DNA of 64,000 nucleotides, taken from assembly GCA_051859245.1 (NCBI GenBank), contig JBHYGA010000001.1, positions 1,405,722 through 1,469,721 of the forward strand, given 5' to 3'. A model generated the notes under the pieces. That model searched no databases, had not been told where the DNA came from, and saw only the letters and a list, made by a program, of their open reading frames with translations. Position 1 is the first letter of the stretch. Every line of letters begins with the position of its first letter. Shown here piece after piece: positions 12,997-22,578 of the stretch. The position numbers and the translations under genes are program-made. The stretch is from Gemmatimonadaceae bacterium (GTDB lineage: Bacteria > Gemmatimonadota > Gemmatimonadetes > Gemmatimonadales > Gemmatimonadaceae).

Positions 12997-13635
12997 GTGA
13001 GCGCCGGGCGATCGTCGTCGGGCGCGCCACGGCGCATCGGGATTTTCGGCGGAAGTTTTGATCCGCCGCACATGGGGCACGTCCTCATGGCGAACGATGC
13101 GATCGAAGCGTTGGCGCTCGACGAACTGCGGATCGTGCCGGCCCGTGTCCAGCCGCTCAAGGGTGAGGTCGCCGTTTCGGCCGAGCACCGTTTAGCCATG
13201 GTCCAGGCTGCGTTCTCGGGGCTCCCTCGAGTCGCCGTCGACACGATCGAAATTGAGCGGTCTGGGTTATCTTACATGGTTGAGACAGCGGAGCACTTTG
13301 TCCGGCGCTGGCCGGACGCCGAGCTGCTGCTGTTGCTGGGCGCAGACTCCGCCTCATTACTGGGGCGGTGGCGCGACCCGCGGCGGCTCCTCAGCCTGGT
13401 GCAGTTGGTAGTGCTGGACCGATCGAGTGCGACAGACGCGCCGGCTGCAGAGCCCTGGCGAGACTGGCCCGACATTCGGTCGCCGCTGCGGCTGGCAACC
13501 CGGCGAATCGACGTTTCGTCATCGGAAATTCGGACGCGGGTTGCGTCTGGTCGCCCAATTTGTGGATTCGTCCCCGAATCCGTCGCATCCTATATCGCGG
13601 CGTCGGGGCTGTACCTTGCGAGGAACGCATGCTGA
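12997..13635 (+). CDS. nadD: Nicotinate-nucleotide adenylyltransferase
   Basis: IGIFGGSFDPPHMGH, LLGADS, DVSSSEIR. Confidence 0.93.
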   Translation: MSAGRSSSGAPRRIGIFGGSFDPPHMGHVLMANDAIEALALDELRIVPARVQPLKGEVAVSAEHRLAMVQAAFSGLPRVAVDTIEIERSGLSYMVETAEHFVRRWPDAELLLLLGADSASLLGRWRDPRRLLSLVQLVVLDRSSATDAPAAEPWRDWPDIRSPLRLATRRIDVSSSEIRTRVASGRPICGFVPESVASYIAASGLYLARNAC

Positions 13636-16600
13636 AGGGATTGATCAACCGCGTGTTCGGCACGCGGCACGAGCGCGAACAGAAGCGCGTGAAGCCCATC
13701 ATCGACGATATCAAGTCGATGGAAGAGACGTTGCGCGCGATGTCAGACGCCGACCTGCAAGGGCAGACGGCGGTCTTTCGTGCTCGACTGGCCGAGCGCA
13801 CCGGCGAACTCGAACGTCGGATCGCCGAACTGAAAGACTCCAAACATCAGGCGCGTGACGCCGCCGAACGCGAGCGCATCGACGACGAGCTGGGTGGAGC
13901 CGATGGCCGTGGCGGACTGGAAGGTGAGTTGCGGCAGACGATTGCCGACACACTCGACGAGTTGCTGCCCGAAGCGTTCGCGACGGTGCGTGAGGCCTGC
14001 CGCCGTCTGGTGGGCAACACCGTGATGGTGACCGGTCAGGAGCTCACGTGGGACATGGTGCCGTACGACGTGCAGCTCGTGGGTGGTATCCAGCTGCATC
14101 TCGGTCGCATCGCGGAAATGGCCACCGGTGAAGGTAAGACGCTCGTCGCTACGCTGCCCGCGTATCTGAATGCCTTGCCCGGTCGTGGCGTGCATCTGGT
14201 CACCGTGAACACGTATCTCGCGCGTCGTGACTCGCAGTGGATGGGCTATCTGTACCAGTGGCTGGGGCTCACCGTGGCGTGCCTCGATGATACCGAGCCC
14301 GGATCGCCGCAGCGTCGCGCGGCCTACGCCGCCGATATCACGTACGGCACGAACAACGAGTTCGGCTTTGACTACCTGCGCGACAACATGGTGGTGAGCA
14401 CCGAGCAGCGGGTGCAGCGTCCGCACGTGTTTGCGATCATCGACGAAGTGGACTCGATCCTGATCGACGAAGCCCGTACGCCGCTCATTATTTCCGGTCC
14501 GGTCGGCAACGAAGGTGATGTGCAATATGCGCATTACAACGCGGCTGTGGGTCGTCTGGTGCGTCGACAGACAGACATTGCGAACCAGCTGGTGGCTGAT
14601 GGTGAACGGGCGCTTGAAGCGGGCGACACCGCCACGGCGGGCCTGCAGTTGTACAAAGCGCAGCAGGGCGCGCCCAAGAACAAGCGACTGCAGAAGGTGC
14701 TCAACGAGACGGGTGTGAAGACGCTCGTGCAGAAGATGGAGCTTGAGCACATCGCCGATCGCAAGTTGCCAATGGCGCGACGGAACTTCCCGGATATCGA
14801 GAGCGAGCTGCTCTACATTCTCGACGAGAAGGGGCACACCGTGCACCTCACCGATCAGGGCGTGGACTTCATGTCGCCTGATGATCACGACGCGATGGTG
14901 CTGCCGGATATCTCGACCGCGATTCACAAGCTGGAGCGCAATTCGGAGCTTGAGCCGGCCGAACGGTTGGCGCAGCGTCAGGCGATCGAGCAGGAGTACG
15001 CGATCAAGAGTCAGACGCTCAACATCATTCACCAACTGCTGCGCGCGCACGCGTTGTACGAGCGTGACGTGAACTACGTGGTGCAGGAAGGGCAGGTCCT
15101 GATCGTGGACGAGTTTACCGGTCGCACGATGCCGGGCCGTCGCTGGTCAGAAGGCTTGCATCAGGCCGTCGAAGCGAAGGAAGGCGTGCAGGTGAAGGGC
15201 GAAACACAGACGCTCGCCACCATCACCATTCAGAACTACTTCCGCATGTACGAAAAGCTGGCCGGCATGACCGGCACGGCGGAAACGGAAGAGAATGAGT
15301 TCCATCAGATCTACACGCTCGAAGTGTCGGTGATTCCCACGAATCGTCCGATCATTCGGGATGATCGTGATGACTGGGTCTACAAGACGCGTCGCGAGAA
15401 GTACAACGCGATCGTGGAGGAAACGCGCCGTTTGCACGGTCTGGGTTTCCCGGTGCTGGTAGGTACCGCGAGCGTTGAAGCGTCAGAGACGCTCGCTCGC
15501 ATGTTTGCTCGCGCGGGACTCAAGCACAACGTGCTCAACGCCAAGTATCACCAGCGTGAAGCCGAGATTGTCGCGCTTGCCGGACAGCCTGGTGCGATCA
15601 CGATCGCCACGAACATGGCCGGCCGTGGTACCGACATCAAGCTCGGTGGCAACGTGCGCGAGTCCAAGCTCAGCACGGTCAAGGATCTAGACGGCAAGGA
15701 AGTGGAGATCACGGAGATCGGTGGGTTGCACATCATCGGCTCGGAGCGACACGAATCGCGGCGCATTGATCGTCAGCTGCGCGGTCGTGCCGGACGACAG
15801 GGCGATCCGGGATCGTCGCAGTTTTTCCTGTCGCTCGAAGATGATCTGATGCGTCTCTTTGGTACCGATCGTATCGCCAAGCTGATGGATCGCATGGGAG
15901 CGCAAGAAGGCGAAGTGCTCACGCACCCGCTGATCACGCGGTCCATTGAACAGGCCCAGAAGCGTGTGGAGTTGCAGAACTTCCAGTCACGCAAACGCCT
16001 GCTCGATTATGACGACGTCATGAATCAGCAGCGTGAAGTGATCTACTCGCAGCGCGCGTTTGCGCTGGAGGGTGGTGAGGAGCTCAAGGGCGAAGCACGC
16101 AAGTTCCTTGAGCGTGCGGCGGCGCGTCGTGTGGAAACGGCGCTCGCGATTTATGACTCCTCGGATCAGTGGGATTTTGCACTGCTGCAGCAAGACTTGC
16201 TGATGCACTACATGCTCACGGTGCCCGCGTTTGAATCCGAACCGTATCCCGCCACGCTCGCCGAAGCGAAGGAAGCCGCGGTGACCGCGGCGCTCGAAGC
16301 GTTCGATCGCAAGATGGAAACGCTGGATGCGGTAAAGGATCAGGATGGCAACGGATTTGGTAATCGTCTGCTGGCGCTGGTGACGCTCAACGTGATCGAC
16401 GAGAAGTGGAAGGATCACCTCTATGATCTCGATCAGTTGCGCGCGAGCATTCACTATCGCTCGTGGGGGCAGAAGGATCCGCTGATCGAGTACAAGCATG
16501 AGGCCTTCACGATGTTCGAGGATCTCATGCATGACTTGTCGCACACGTTCACGGAACGCTTCCTCAAGGCGCAGCTGGTGTTTGAGCAGCCTGCGCCCGC

Positions 16601-16922
16601 GCCGTTGCCGCCGATCATCACGCGCGCGCCCGAGGGCAAACCCACCAAGCGATTCAACGCGATGGGAATGCTGGAAGACGTGCCCGCTGACGAACCGGCG
16701 AATGTCGAGCCCTCGGGTTCCGACGTGAGCGACGCGCCGCAAGCCGCGTTGCCGGCGGCTCCTGTGGCCGCTGCCACCCCGCGCGTGGTGGGCGCGGGTG
16801 CGATTCGCTCACTGGATGCGCCGTCGTCGGGTCCGGTGGATTTCAGCACCGCCGGGCGCAACGATCCGTGTCCGTGCGGCAGCGGGAAGAAGTTCAAGAA
16901 GTGTCACGGTGCGACGGCCTAG
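13629..16922 (+). CDS. secA: Preprotein translocase ATPase SecA (long form)
   Basis: EMATGEGKT, IIDEVDSILIDEARTPLIISG, ATNMAGRGTDI, C-terminal GRNDPCPCGSGKKFKKCHG. Confidence 0.98.
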   Translation: MLKGLINRVFGTRHEREQKRVKPIIDDIKSMEETLRAMSDADLQGQTAVFRARLAERTGELERRIAELKDSKHQARDAAERERIDDELGGADGRGGLEGELRQTIADTLDELLPEAFATVREACRRLVGNTVMVTGQELTWDMVPYDVQLVGGIQLHLGRIAEMATGEGKTLVATLPAYLNALPGRGVHLVTVNTYLARRDSQWMGYLYQWLGLTVACLDDTEPGSPQRRAAYAADITYGTNNEFGFDYLRDNMVVSTEQRVQRPHVFAIIDEVDSILIDEARTPLIISGPVGNEGDVQYAHYNAAVGRLVRRQTDIANQLVADGERALEAGDTATAGLQLYKAQQGAPKNKRLQKVLNETGVKTLVQKMELEHIADRKLPMARRNFPDIESELLYILDEKGHTVHLTDQGVDFMSPDDHDAMVLPDISTAIHKLERNSELEPAERLAQRQAIEQEYAIKSQTLNIIHQLLRAHALYERDVNYVVQEGQVLIVDEFTGRTMPGRRWSEGLHQAVEAKEGVQVKGETQTLATITIQNYFRMYEKLAGMTGTAETEENEFHQIYTLEVSVIPTNRPIIRDDRDDWVYKTRREKYNAIVEETRRLHGLGFPVLVGTASVEASETLARMFARAGLKHNVLNAKYHQREAEIVALAGQPGAITIATNMAGRGTDIKLGGNVRESKLSTVKDLDGKEVEITEIGGLHIIGSERHESRRIDRQLRGRAGRQGDPGSSQFFLSLEDDLMRLFGTDRIAKLMDRMGAQEGEVLTHPLITRSIEQAQKRVELQNFQSRKRLLDYDDVMNQQREVIYSQRAFALEGGEELKGEARKFLERAAARRVETALAIYDSSDQWDFALLQQDLLMHYMLTVPAFESEPYPATLAEAKEAAVTAALEAFDRKMETLDAVKDQDGNGFGNRLLALVTLNVIDEKWKDHLYDLDQLRASIHYRSWGQKDPLIEYKHEAFTMFEDLMHDLSHTFTERFLKAQLVFEQPAPAPLPPIITRAPEGKPTKRFNAMGMLEDVPADEPANVEPSGSDVSDAPQAALPAAPVAAATPRVVGAGAIRSLDAPSSGPVDFSTAGRNDPCPCGSGKKFKKCHGATA

Positions 16923-18475
16923 TTGACGTTGGCCGTCAAGGTCGACGTCGACAGAAGTGCCGCGCAGACGTCGGCCAGCTCAGAGTTGCTCACCGGCTTC
17001 TGCAGGACATGTTGAATGCCGGCGTCGGTGAGCACCGCCTGAGGTAGCTCCTCGACGTATCCGGTCAGGAGAAGGATCGGCATGGTTGGTCGGATGGTGC
17101 GAATCTGTTTGGCGAGCGCGAGCCCATTCATGTCGGGCATCGAGTAGTCGGTGATGACCAACGCATACAGATCCGGTTGTGCCTGGATCAGCTCCAGCGC
17201 CTGAATGGGAGACGTCGCGGCCGTGACAACGTACCCCTGTCGACGAAGGCGTCGCTCGCCGAGCGTTGCGAGCGACGCCTCGTCGTCTACAAACAGAATG
17301 TGCTGACCGTGCCCCGTGGGCGACGAGGATGCGACCGCGGTGTGAAAACCGCTGCCTGACTCCTCGCGCGCCGGAAACATGCAGCGCACGGTTGTCCCAT
17401 CCCCGGCTTCGCTCTCGAGCGTGATCGCGCCGCCATGGTCTTGCATGATGCCGTGCACCATGGAGAGACCAAGGCCGGTGCCTTCACCTGCCGGTTTTGT
17501 GGTGAAGAACGGTTCCATCGCGCGAGCGCGTGTCGCTTCGTCCATACCCACGCCGTTGTCGCGGACTTCGATCACGACGTAGTCACCCTCACGCAGTCCC
17601 GCGTGCAGCTGAGCGAGATCGGCGTCCACGTACTGGCGGAGCAGGGAGATCTGAAGTTGTCCACCGCTCGGCATGGCTTGCGCCGCGTTGGTGGCGAGAT
17701 TCATGATGACCTGATGGACCGACGTCGAATCGGCCAGTACGCGAGACGAGTCATCGTGAATGTGGATCTCCATGTGCACCCCGACCGGCAAGGACGCGCG
17801 CAACAGCTGCTGTACTTCGCGCACCACACCAGCCAGTGAAACCGGTACACGTTGCGCTTGTTGCCGCCGACTGAAGATCAGGATCTGCTGCACGAGTTTG
17901 CGCCCACGTTGAGCGGCGACAATAATCTCGTGTACATCGGCGGATACTTCGGCGTTGCCCGACACTGATTGTTGCACCAGTTCGGCGTAGCCCATGATGG
18001 CGCCGAGCAAGTTGTTGAAGTCGTGCGCAATGCCTCCGGCCAGCGTGCCGACGGCCTCCATCTTTTGCGCCTGTCGAAGCTGTTCTGCGACAAGGCGCTG
18101 CGCTTCTTCCGTGGCGATGCGCTCCGAGATATCCACGACCGACCCGATCACGAACAATCCGTCTTCGGTCGCAACCGGCGTCAGTCCGACTTCGACGGGC
18201 ATTTCCGACCCGTCTTTGCGCCTCCCCCGCAGATCACGGCCCGCGCCCATGGCGCGTGCGCGCGGATGCGCGGTGAACCGTGCTCGTGACGACGGGTGAT
18301 GTTCGCGAAAACGATGCGGGAGAAGCAGCTCGATGGCCTGTCCGTGCAGTTCCTCGCGCGCGTAGCCAAAGAGCCGTTCGATTTCCCGATTGACCAGCAC
18401 AATGCGGCCTTCCGCATCCGTCATGATCAAGCCGGTGGGCGCGGATTCGACCGCCGCACGAAGTCGTGATTCCAT
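16919..18475 (-). CDS. PAS-domain hybrid sensor histidine kinase/response regulator
   Basis: PAS N-terminus, GGIAHDFNNLL H-box, PFFTTK..GTGLGLS, receiver VDDE..TDYSMP..KP. Confidence 0.92.
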   Translation of the reverse strand: MESRLRAAVESAPTGLIMTDAEGRIVLVNREIERLFGYAREELHGQAIELLLPHRFREHHPSSRARFTAHPRARAMGAGRDLRGRRKDGSEMPVEVGLTPVATEDGLFVIGSVVDISERIATEEAQRLVAEQLRQAQKMEAVGTLAGGIAHDFNNLLGAIMGYAELVQQSVSGNAEVSADVHEIIVAAQRGRKLVQQILIFSRRQQAQRVPVSLAGVVREVQQLLRASLPVGVHMEIHIHDDSSRVLADSTSVHQVIMNLATNAAQAMPSGGQLQISLLRQYVDADLAQLHAGLREGDYVVIEVRDNGVGMDEATRARAMEPFFTTKPAGEGTGLGLSMVHGIMQDHGGAITLESEAGDGTTVRCMFPAREESGSGFHTAVASSSPTGHGQHILFVDDEASLATLGERRLRRQGYVVTAATSPIQALELIQAQPDLYALVITDYSMPDMNGLALAKQIRTIRPTMPILLLTGYVEELPQAVLTDAGIQHVLQKPVSNSELADVCAALLSTSTLTANVN

Positions 18476-18673
18476 CGATAGGGTGGGTGTCGGACACCTG
18501 CGACTCCGCCATCGGGGTCGGTCAGATCCGGTCGTGACAATTTGCGGGCCAAGGCACTAACGCGCCAGCGGCTGCGACCCCTTGCGTCTCGCGTCACCTC
18601 TGTATCAGTTCACCAGACCGGGTTGAGCGCGACGTCGCGAGTCCGGGTGCTACCTCACCTTCCTTCGGAAACC

Positions 18674-19405
18674 ATGTTCTACCCCCTGCTCGCTACCGCG
18701 TTTGTGTTCGGTGTAGCCGCCCTGATGCCGAGTACTTCAACATTTGCGCGCGAATGTGGTGACACGGTGACCGCGTCGCTCGTGCCGAATGAGCGGACCG
18801 TAACGGACTCCACGCACAACGCGCTCTACGCGGCGGGGCAGGCATTTCCGGAGTTCCTCGAGGCCACCGTGCGTCGTCGGGAGGGTTGGCATCGCATCAA
18901 CGACGCTGTGATGCTCGAGGAGAGTGTGGTGGCGCGGGCACGCGCGGTCGGCGGCAACTGGCGCATTCTGGTCATCGCGGTCGATGGCTGCGGCGATTCC
19001 ATGCAGCAGGTACCGTACGTGGCCCGCCTCGCCGAGCGTGTGGAAGGCCTCTCTATGCGGATTGTCACGCCAACGGTTGGATCGGTCGTGCAACGCGCTC
19101 ATCGATCGCTCGATGGTCGCGCGGCCACACCAACGTATGTGCTGCTGGATGAAACCGGCGCGGATCGCGGCTGTGTTGTGGAACTGCCGCGCGAGGTGCG
19201 CGAGTGGACGCACGCACGTCGCGACACGATGAAGACTGAGGCGCTCTACGCGTACCGAAATGAGTGGTACGCGCGCGACAAAGGCGCGTCGATTGTGAAG
19301 GAAATGGTGGAGTTGATGGAAGCGGCAAAGAATGGCACGAGAATCTGCGCGCAGGGCACGGGCCCGGCCGGCGGAGACAGTTCGACCGACGCTGCACGGA
19401 ATTGA
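18674..19405 (+). CDS. Exported thioredoxin-fold protein (Thioredoxin_9-like, CxxS)
   Basis: Signal-peptide-like N-terminus, ILVIAVDGCGDS..VP, GRAATPTYVLLD. Confidence 0.6.
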   Translation: MFYPLLATAFVFGVAALMPSTSTFARECGDTVTASLVPNERTVTDSTHNALYAAGQAFPEFLEATVRRREGWHRINDAVMLEESVVARARAVGGNWRILVIAVDGCGDSMQQVPYVARLAERVEGLSMRIVTPTVGSVVQRAHRSLDGRAATPTYVLLDETGADRGCVVELPREVREWTHARRDTMKTEALYAYRNEWYARDKGASIVKEMVELMEAAKNGTRICAQGTGPAGGDSSTDAARN

Positions 19406-19497
19406 TGCCGCGTGAGGGCGGCGTGAAGGCGAGAGTAGATCGTCCCGGCCGATCGCGTTCCACGCGTCGGCGCCCACGGCTCTCTCATCCCGTCCTC

Positions 19498-20241
19498 ATG
19501 GCCACACGTCATCTCAGTCGGACAGCAATCACGTCCGCCGCTGGTCCTGCACGCCTTCGTCCGCTAACTATTCGAGAGCTTCCGGCGACCGAGCGTCCTC
19601 GAGAGCGCCTGTTGGCACTTGGGGCACGCTCGTTGAGTACTACCGAGTTATTGGCGCTGCTGCTGGGCACCGGTGGTTCGGCGGGCTCGGCGCTTGACTG
19701 TGCTCGGCGTGTGCTCGACAGCGCCGACGGTTCGCTTGGGCGGCTTGCCTCAGGCTCTGTGGGATCTCTCACCCGGCTCCCAGGCGTTGGTCCAGCACGA
19801 TCCGTGGCATTGCATGCGGCGCTTGAGCTCGGGCGCCGGTTGGCGCTGGAGGCACGTGAGGCGGGAGCGCCAGTTCGTTCGCCAAGTGACGTGGTGGCCT
19901 TGTATGCACCACAACTGCAGGATCTTCCGGTAGAGGAATTCCACGTGGCCGTATTGGATGCACAGCATCGACTGGAGCGCGATATCCTGATCACCCGCGG
20001 ACTGCTGGACTCGTCGCTGGTGCATCCGCGCGAGGTGTTCCGCGAGGCCATTGCGGAACGCGCGGCGTCGGTGATTCTGGTGCACAACCACCCGAGCGGC
20101 GACCCGTCACCGTCGCCACAAGACAAGCTGGTCACGGAGCAATTGGTTGCGGCCGGACGTCTGCTCGACATTCCGGTGCACGACCACATCATCATTGGGC
20201 GCGGTCGATACGTGAGTTTCGCTGAAGCAGGATTGTTGTGA
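19498..20241 (+). CDS. radC: RadC/JAB-domain protein
   Basis: ERPRERL, ELLALLLG, HhH GVGPA, VHPREVF, HNHPSGDPSPS..D, DHIIIG. Confidence 0.92.
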   Translation: MATRHLSRTAITSAAGPARLRPLTIRELPATERPRERLLALGARSLSTTELLALLLGTGGSAGSALDCARRVLDSADGSLGRLASGSVGSLTRLPGVGPARSVALHAALELGRRLALEAREAGAPVRSPSDVVALYAPQLQDLPVEEFHVAVLDAQHRLERDILITRGLLDSSLVHPREVFREAIAERAASVILVHNHPSGDPSPSPQDKLVTEQLVAAGRLLDIPVHDHIIIGRGRYVSFAEAGLL

Positions 20242-22505
20242 CGCCAATTACCACCCCGTCTGCATCACCAGAGCCGCCGGGCGTTGGCGCGCCGGCACTG
20301 GTTCCGGATCCCGCGGAAGGCCACGCGGCACGTCAGTCGTTGCATGATGTCATCCCTGGCTTTGTGCCGCGCGTGGAGGGCGATTACGACCGTCTCGACA
20401 CTGAGCTGCTGATTCGCGCCTACAAGTTCACCGAGCGCGCACACGCCGGACAGGTGCGGCACTCCGGTGAACCGTATGTGACGCACTGTGTGGAAGTGGC
20501 GCGCATTCTGGCCGATCTGCAACTCGACTCGGCCACGGTTGCCTGCGGTTTGCTGCACGACGTGGTGGAAGACACCGATATCACGATTGCGGATATCGAG
20601 CGTGAGTTCGGGTCGGAAGTGTCGCGCATTGTGGACGGTCTCACCAAGATTGCGAATCTGCCGCTCACGTGGCGCGAAGATCGACAGGTTGAGAACTACC
20701 GCAAGCTGTTGCTCTCGATTGCAAAGGACGCGCGCGTAATTCTGATCAAGCTCGCCGATCGTCTGCACAACATGCGAACGCTTGACTGGCTCGCGCCGGA
20801 AAAGCGTCGTCGAATTGCGCAGGAAACACGTGATCTATACGCGCCGCTTGCGCACCGCTTTGGTATGGCGAAGGTGCGGTGGGAGCTGGAAGACCTGGCG
20901 TTCAAGCATGTGGAACCGGAAGCCTATCGCTCGCTCGCCAAGCTTGTGGCGGCCAAGCGCGGTGAGCGCGAATCGCTGATCGCGCAAATGAGCGAGCCGC
21001 TGCTACGCCGACTTACGGAAGCTGGCATCAGTGACGTTGATGTGGGCGGACGTCCCAAGCACTTGTGGTCGATCTACAAAAAAATGCAACAGCGTGAACG
21101 TCCGTATGAGGACATTTACGATCTGTTGGCGATCCGTGTCATCGTGCCCAACGTCATCGAGTGTTATCACGCACTCGGTGTGATTCACGACGGCTGGACG
21201 CCGGTGCAGGAGCGCATCAAGGACTACATCGCGCAGCCCAAGTCAAACGGTTATCAGTCGCTGCACACCACGGTGTTCGGTCCGGGACGTCAGTTGTTTG
21301 AAATCCAGATCCGCACGCGCGATATGCATCGCACGGCGGAGTACGGTATCGCGGCGCACTGGCTGTACAAGGAAGACGTGGCGGGTACGGACGAACTTGA
21401 TCGTCATCTGGCGTGGTTCCGTCAGGTGCTCGAACTGCAGATGGACGCCGAGACACCGGGCGAGTTTCTGGAGTTTCTCAAGCTCGACCTGTATCAGGAC
21501 GAGATCTTTGTGTTCACACCAACGGGCGACGTGATTCAGTTGCCCAAGGGTGCGACACCGCTGGACTTCGCGTACGCGGTGCACACGCAGGTTGGTTCTC
21601 ACTGCGCCGGCGCCAAGGTGAACGGACGCATTGCACCGCTGTCACGCGAACTGAAGAATTCGGAAACGGTGGAGATTCTCACCAATCCGAATGCGCGGCC
21701 AAGCCGCGACTGGTTGTCGCATGTGCGCACCGGTCGCGCGCGCCACAAGATCCGGCAGTGGTTGCGACACGAAGAGCAAACGTCGGCGGTACGACTGGGC
21801 CGCGACATTCTCGATCGTGAGCTCAAGCGTCGCAAGCTGCCCAAGGTTGATGACGTAGCGCTTACTCCGGTCGCACGCGCGCTCAAGCTAAAGGACCCAT
21901 CGCACGTGATCGCGTCGATCGGGCAGGGCGATGTGCACGTGATGCAGGTGCTGAAGGTGCTGCATCCGGCGCTGGAATCGGCGCCGGAGCCCGTGGAAAA
22001 AACGGGCACGATCGAACGGTTGGTGGATCGTGTGCGCGGCACCTCGCGCGGTGTGCGAATTCAGGGCGCCGATGGACTGCTCGTTCGGTACGCGCAGTGT
22101 TGTCAGCCAGTACCTGGCGACAAAGTGGTGGGTTACGTCACGCGTGGCCGCGGCGTGAGCATTCACCGTGGCGATTGCCCCAACTTGCTGCTCCTGGTGA
22201 ATGAGCCAGAGCGACGATTGGAGATTGACTGGCAGGAAGTGGCCGGTGAGCGCTTTACGGTGCGTCTCGCGCTTGAGGGCACGGATCGACGCGGCCTGTA
22301 CGCCGATGTCGCGGCGGCCGTGAGCGCGACCGGTACGGATATTCGCTCGCTCGAGCTCCGCACCACGGACGGCAAGGTCACGGGTGCGGCGCTCGTTGAG
22401 GTCGAGAACCTCGCGCATCTTGAGAAGATCATGAAGGCGATGCGACGAGTGAAGGGAGTCGGCGCGGTGTCTCGGCGTGAACGGCTCACCTCAGAAGAGG
22501 ACTAA
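20238..22505 (+). CDS. relA: Bifunctional (p)ppGpp synthetase/hydrolase (long RSH)
   Basis: HAGQVRHSGEPY, LLHDVVED, KLADRLHNMRTL, KSNGYQSLHT, TGS and ACT domains. Confidence 0.95.
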   Translation: MTPITTPSASPEPPGVGAPALVPDPAEGHAARQSLHDVIPGFVPRVEGDYDRLDTELLIRAYKFTERAHAGQVRHSGEPYVTHCVEVARILADLQLDSATVACGLLHDVVEDTDITIADIEREFGSEVSRIVDGLTKIANLPLTWREDRQVENYRKLLLSIAKDARVILIKLADRLHNMRTLDWLAPEKRRRIAQETRDLYAPLAHRFGMAKVRWELEDLAFKHVEPEAYRSLAKLVAAKRGERESLIAQMSEPLLRRLTEAGISDVDVGGRPKHLWSIYKKMQQRERPYEDIYDLLAIRVIVPNVIECYHALGVIHDGWTPVQERIKDYIAQPKSNGYQSLHTTVFGPGRQLFEIQIRTRDMHRTAEYGIAAHWLYKEDVAGTDELDRHLAWFRQVLELQMDAETPGEFLEFLKLDLYQDEIFVFTPTGDVIQLPKGATPLDFAYAVHTQVGSHCAGAKVNGRIAPLSRELKNSETVEILTNPNARPSRDWLSHVRTGRARHKIRQWLRHEEQTSAVRLGRDILDRELKRRKLPKVDDVALTPVARALKLKDPSHVIASIGQGDVHVMQVLKVLHPALESAPEPVEKTGTIERLVDRVRGTSRGVRIQGADGLLVRYAQCCQPVPGDKVVGYVTRGRGVSIHRGDCPNLLLLVNEPERRLEIDWQEVAGERFTVRLALEGTDRRGLYADVAAAVSATGTDIRSLELRTTDGKVTGAALVEVENLAHLEKIMKAMRRVKGVGAVSRRERLTSEED

Positions 22506-22542
22506 CCGCTCTCGGTTGGCGCGCGAGCTGGCCACATCCTGA

Positions 22543-22572
22543 TTGACCCGAACGCATCCCGAAGATTATATT
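22543..22572 (+). promoter_or_regulatory. Putative sigma70-type promoter of uvrB
   Basis: TTGACC-N18-TATATT, ending 6 nt before ATG 22579. Confidence 0.55.
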
Positions 22573-22578
22573 TCAGGG

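Noticed and set aside
13743..15050. Long antisense ORFs (435 aa here; also 22843-24054, 43146-44555, 44602-45696, 59166-60161, 55208-56626)
   Set aside because: They mirror well-supported sense genes; high-GC codon bias depletes antisense stops and the translations show no family motifs
19498..20241. radC as a marker of a mobile element
   Set aside because: Full-length chromosomal type with HhH region, coupled to rel; no integrase, transposase or att repeats nearby
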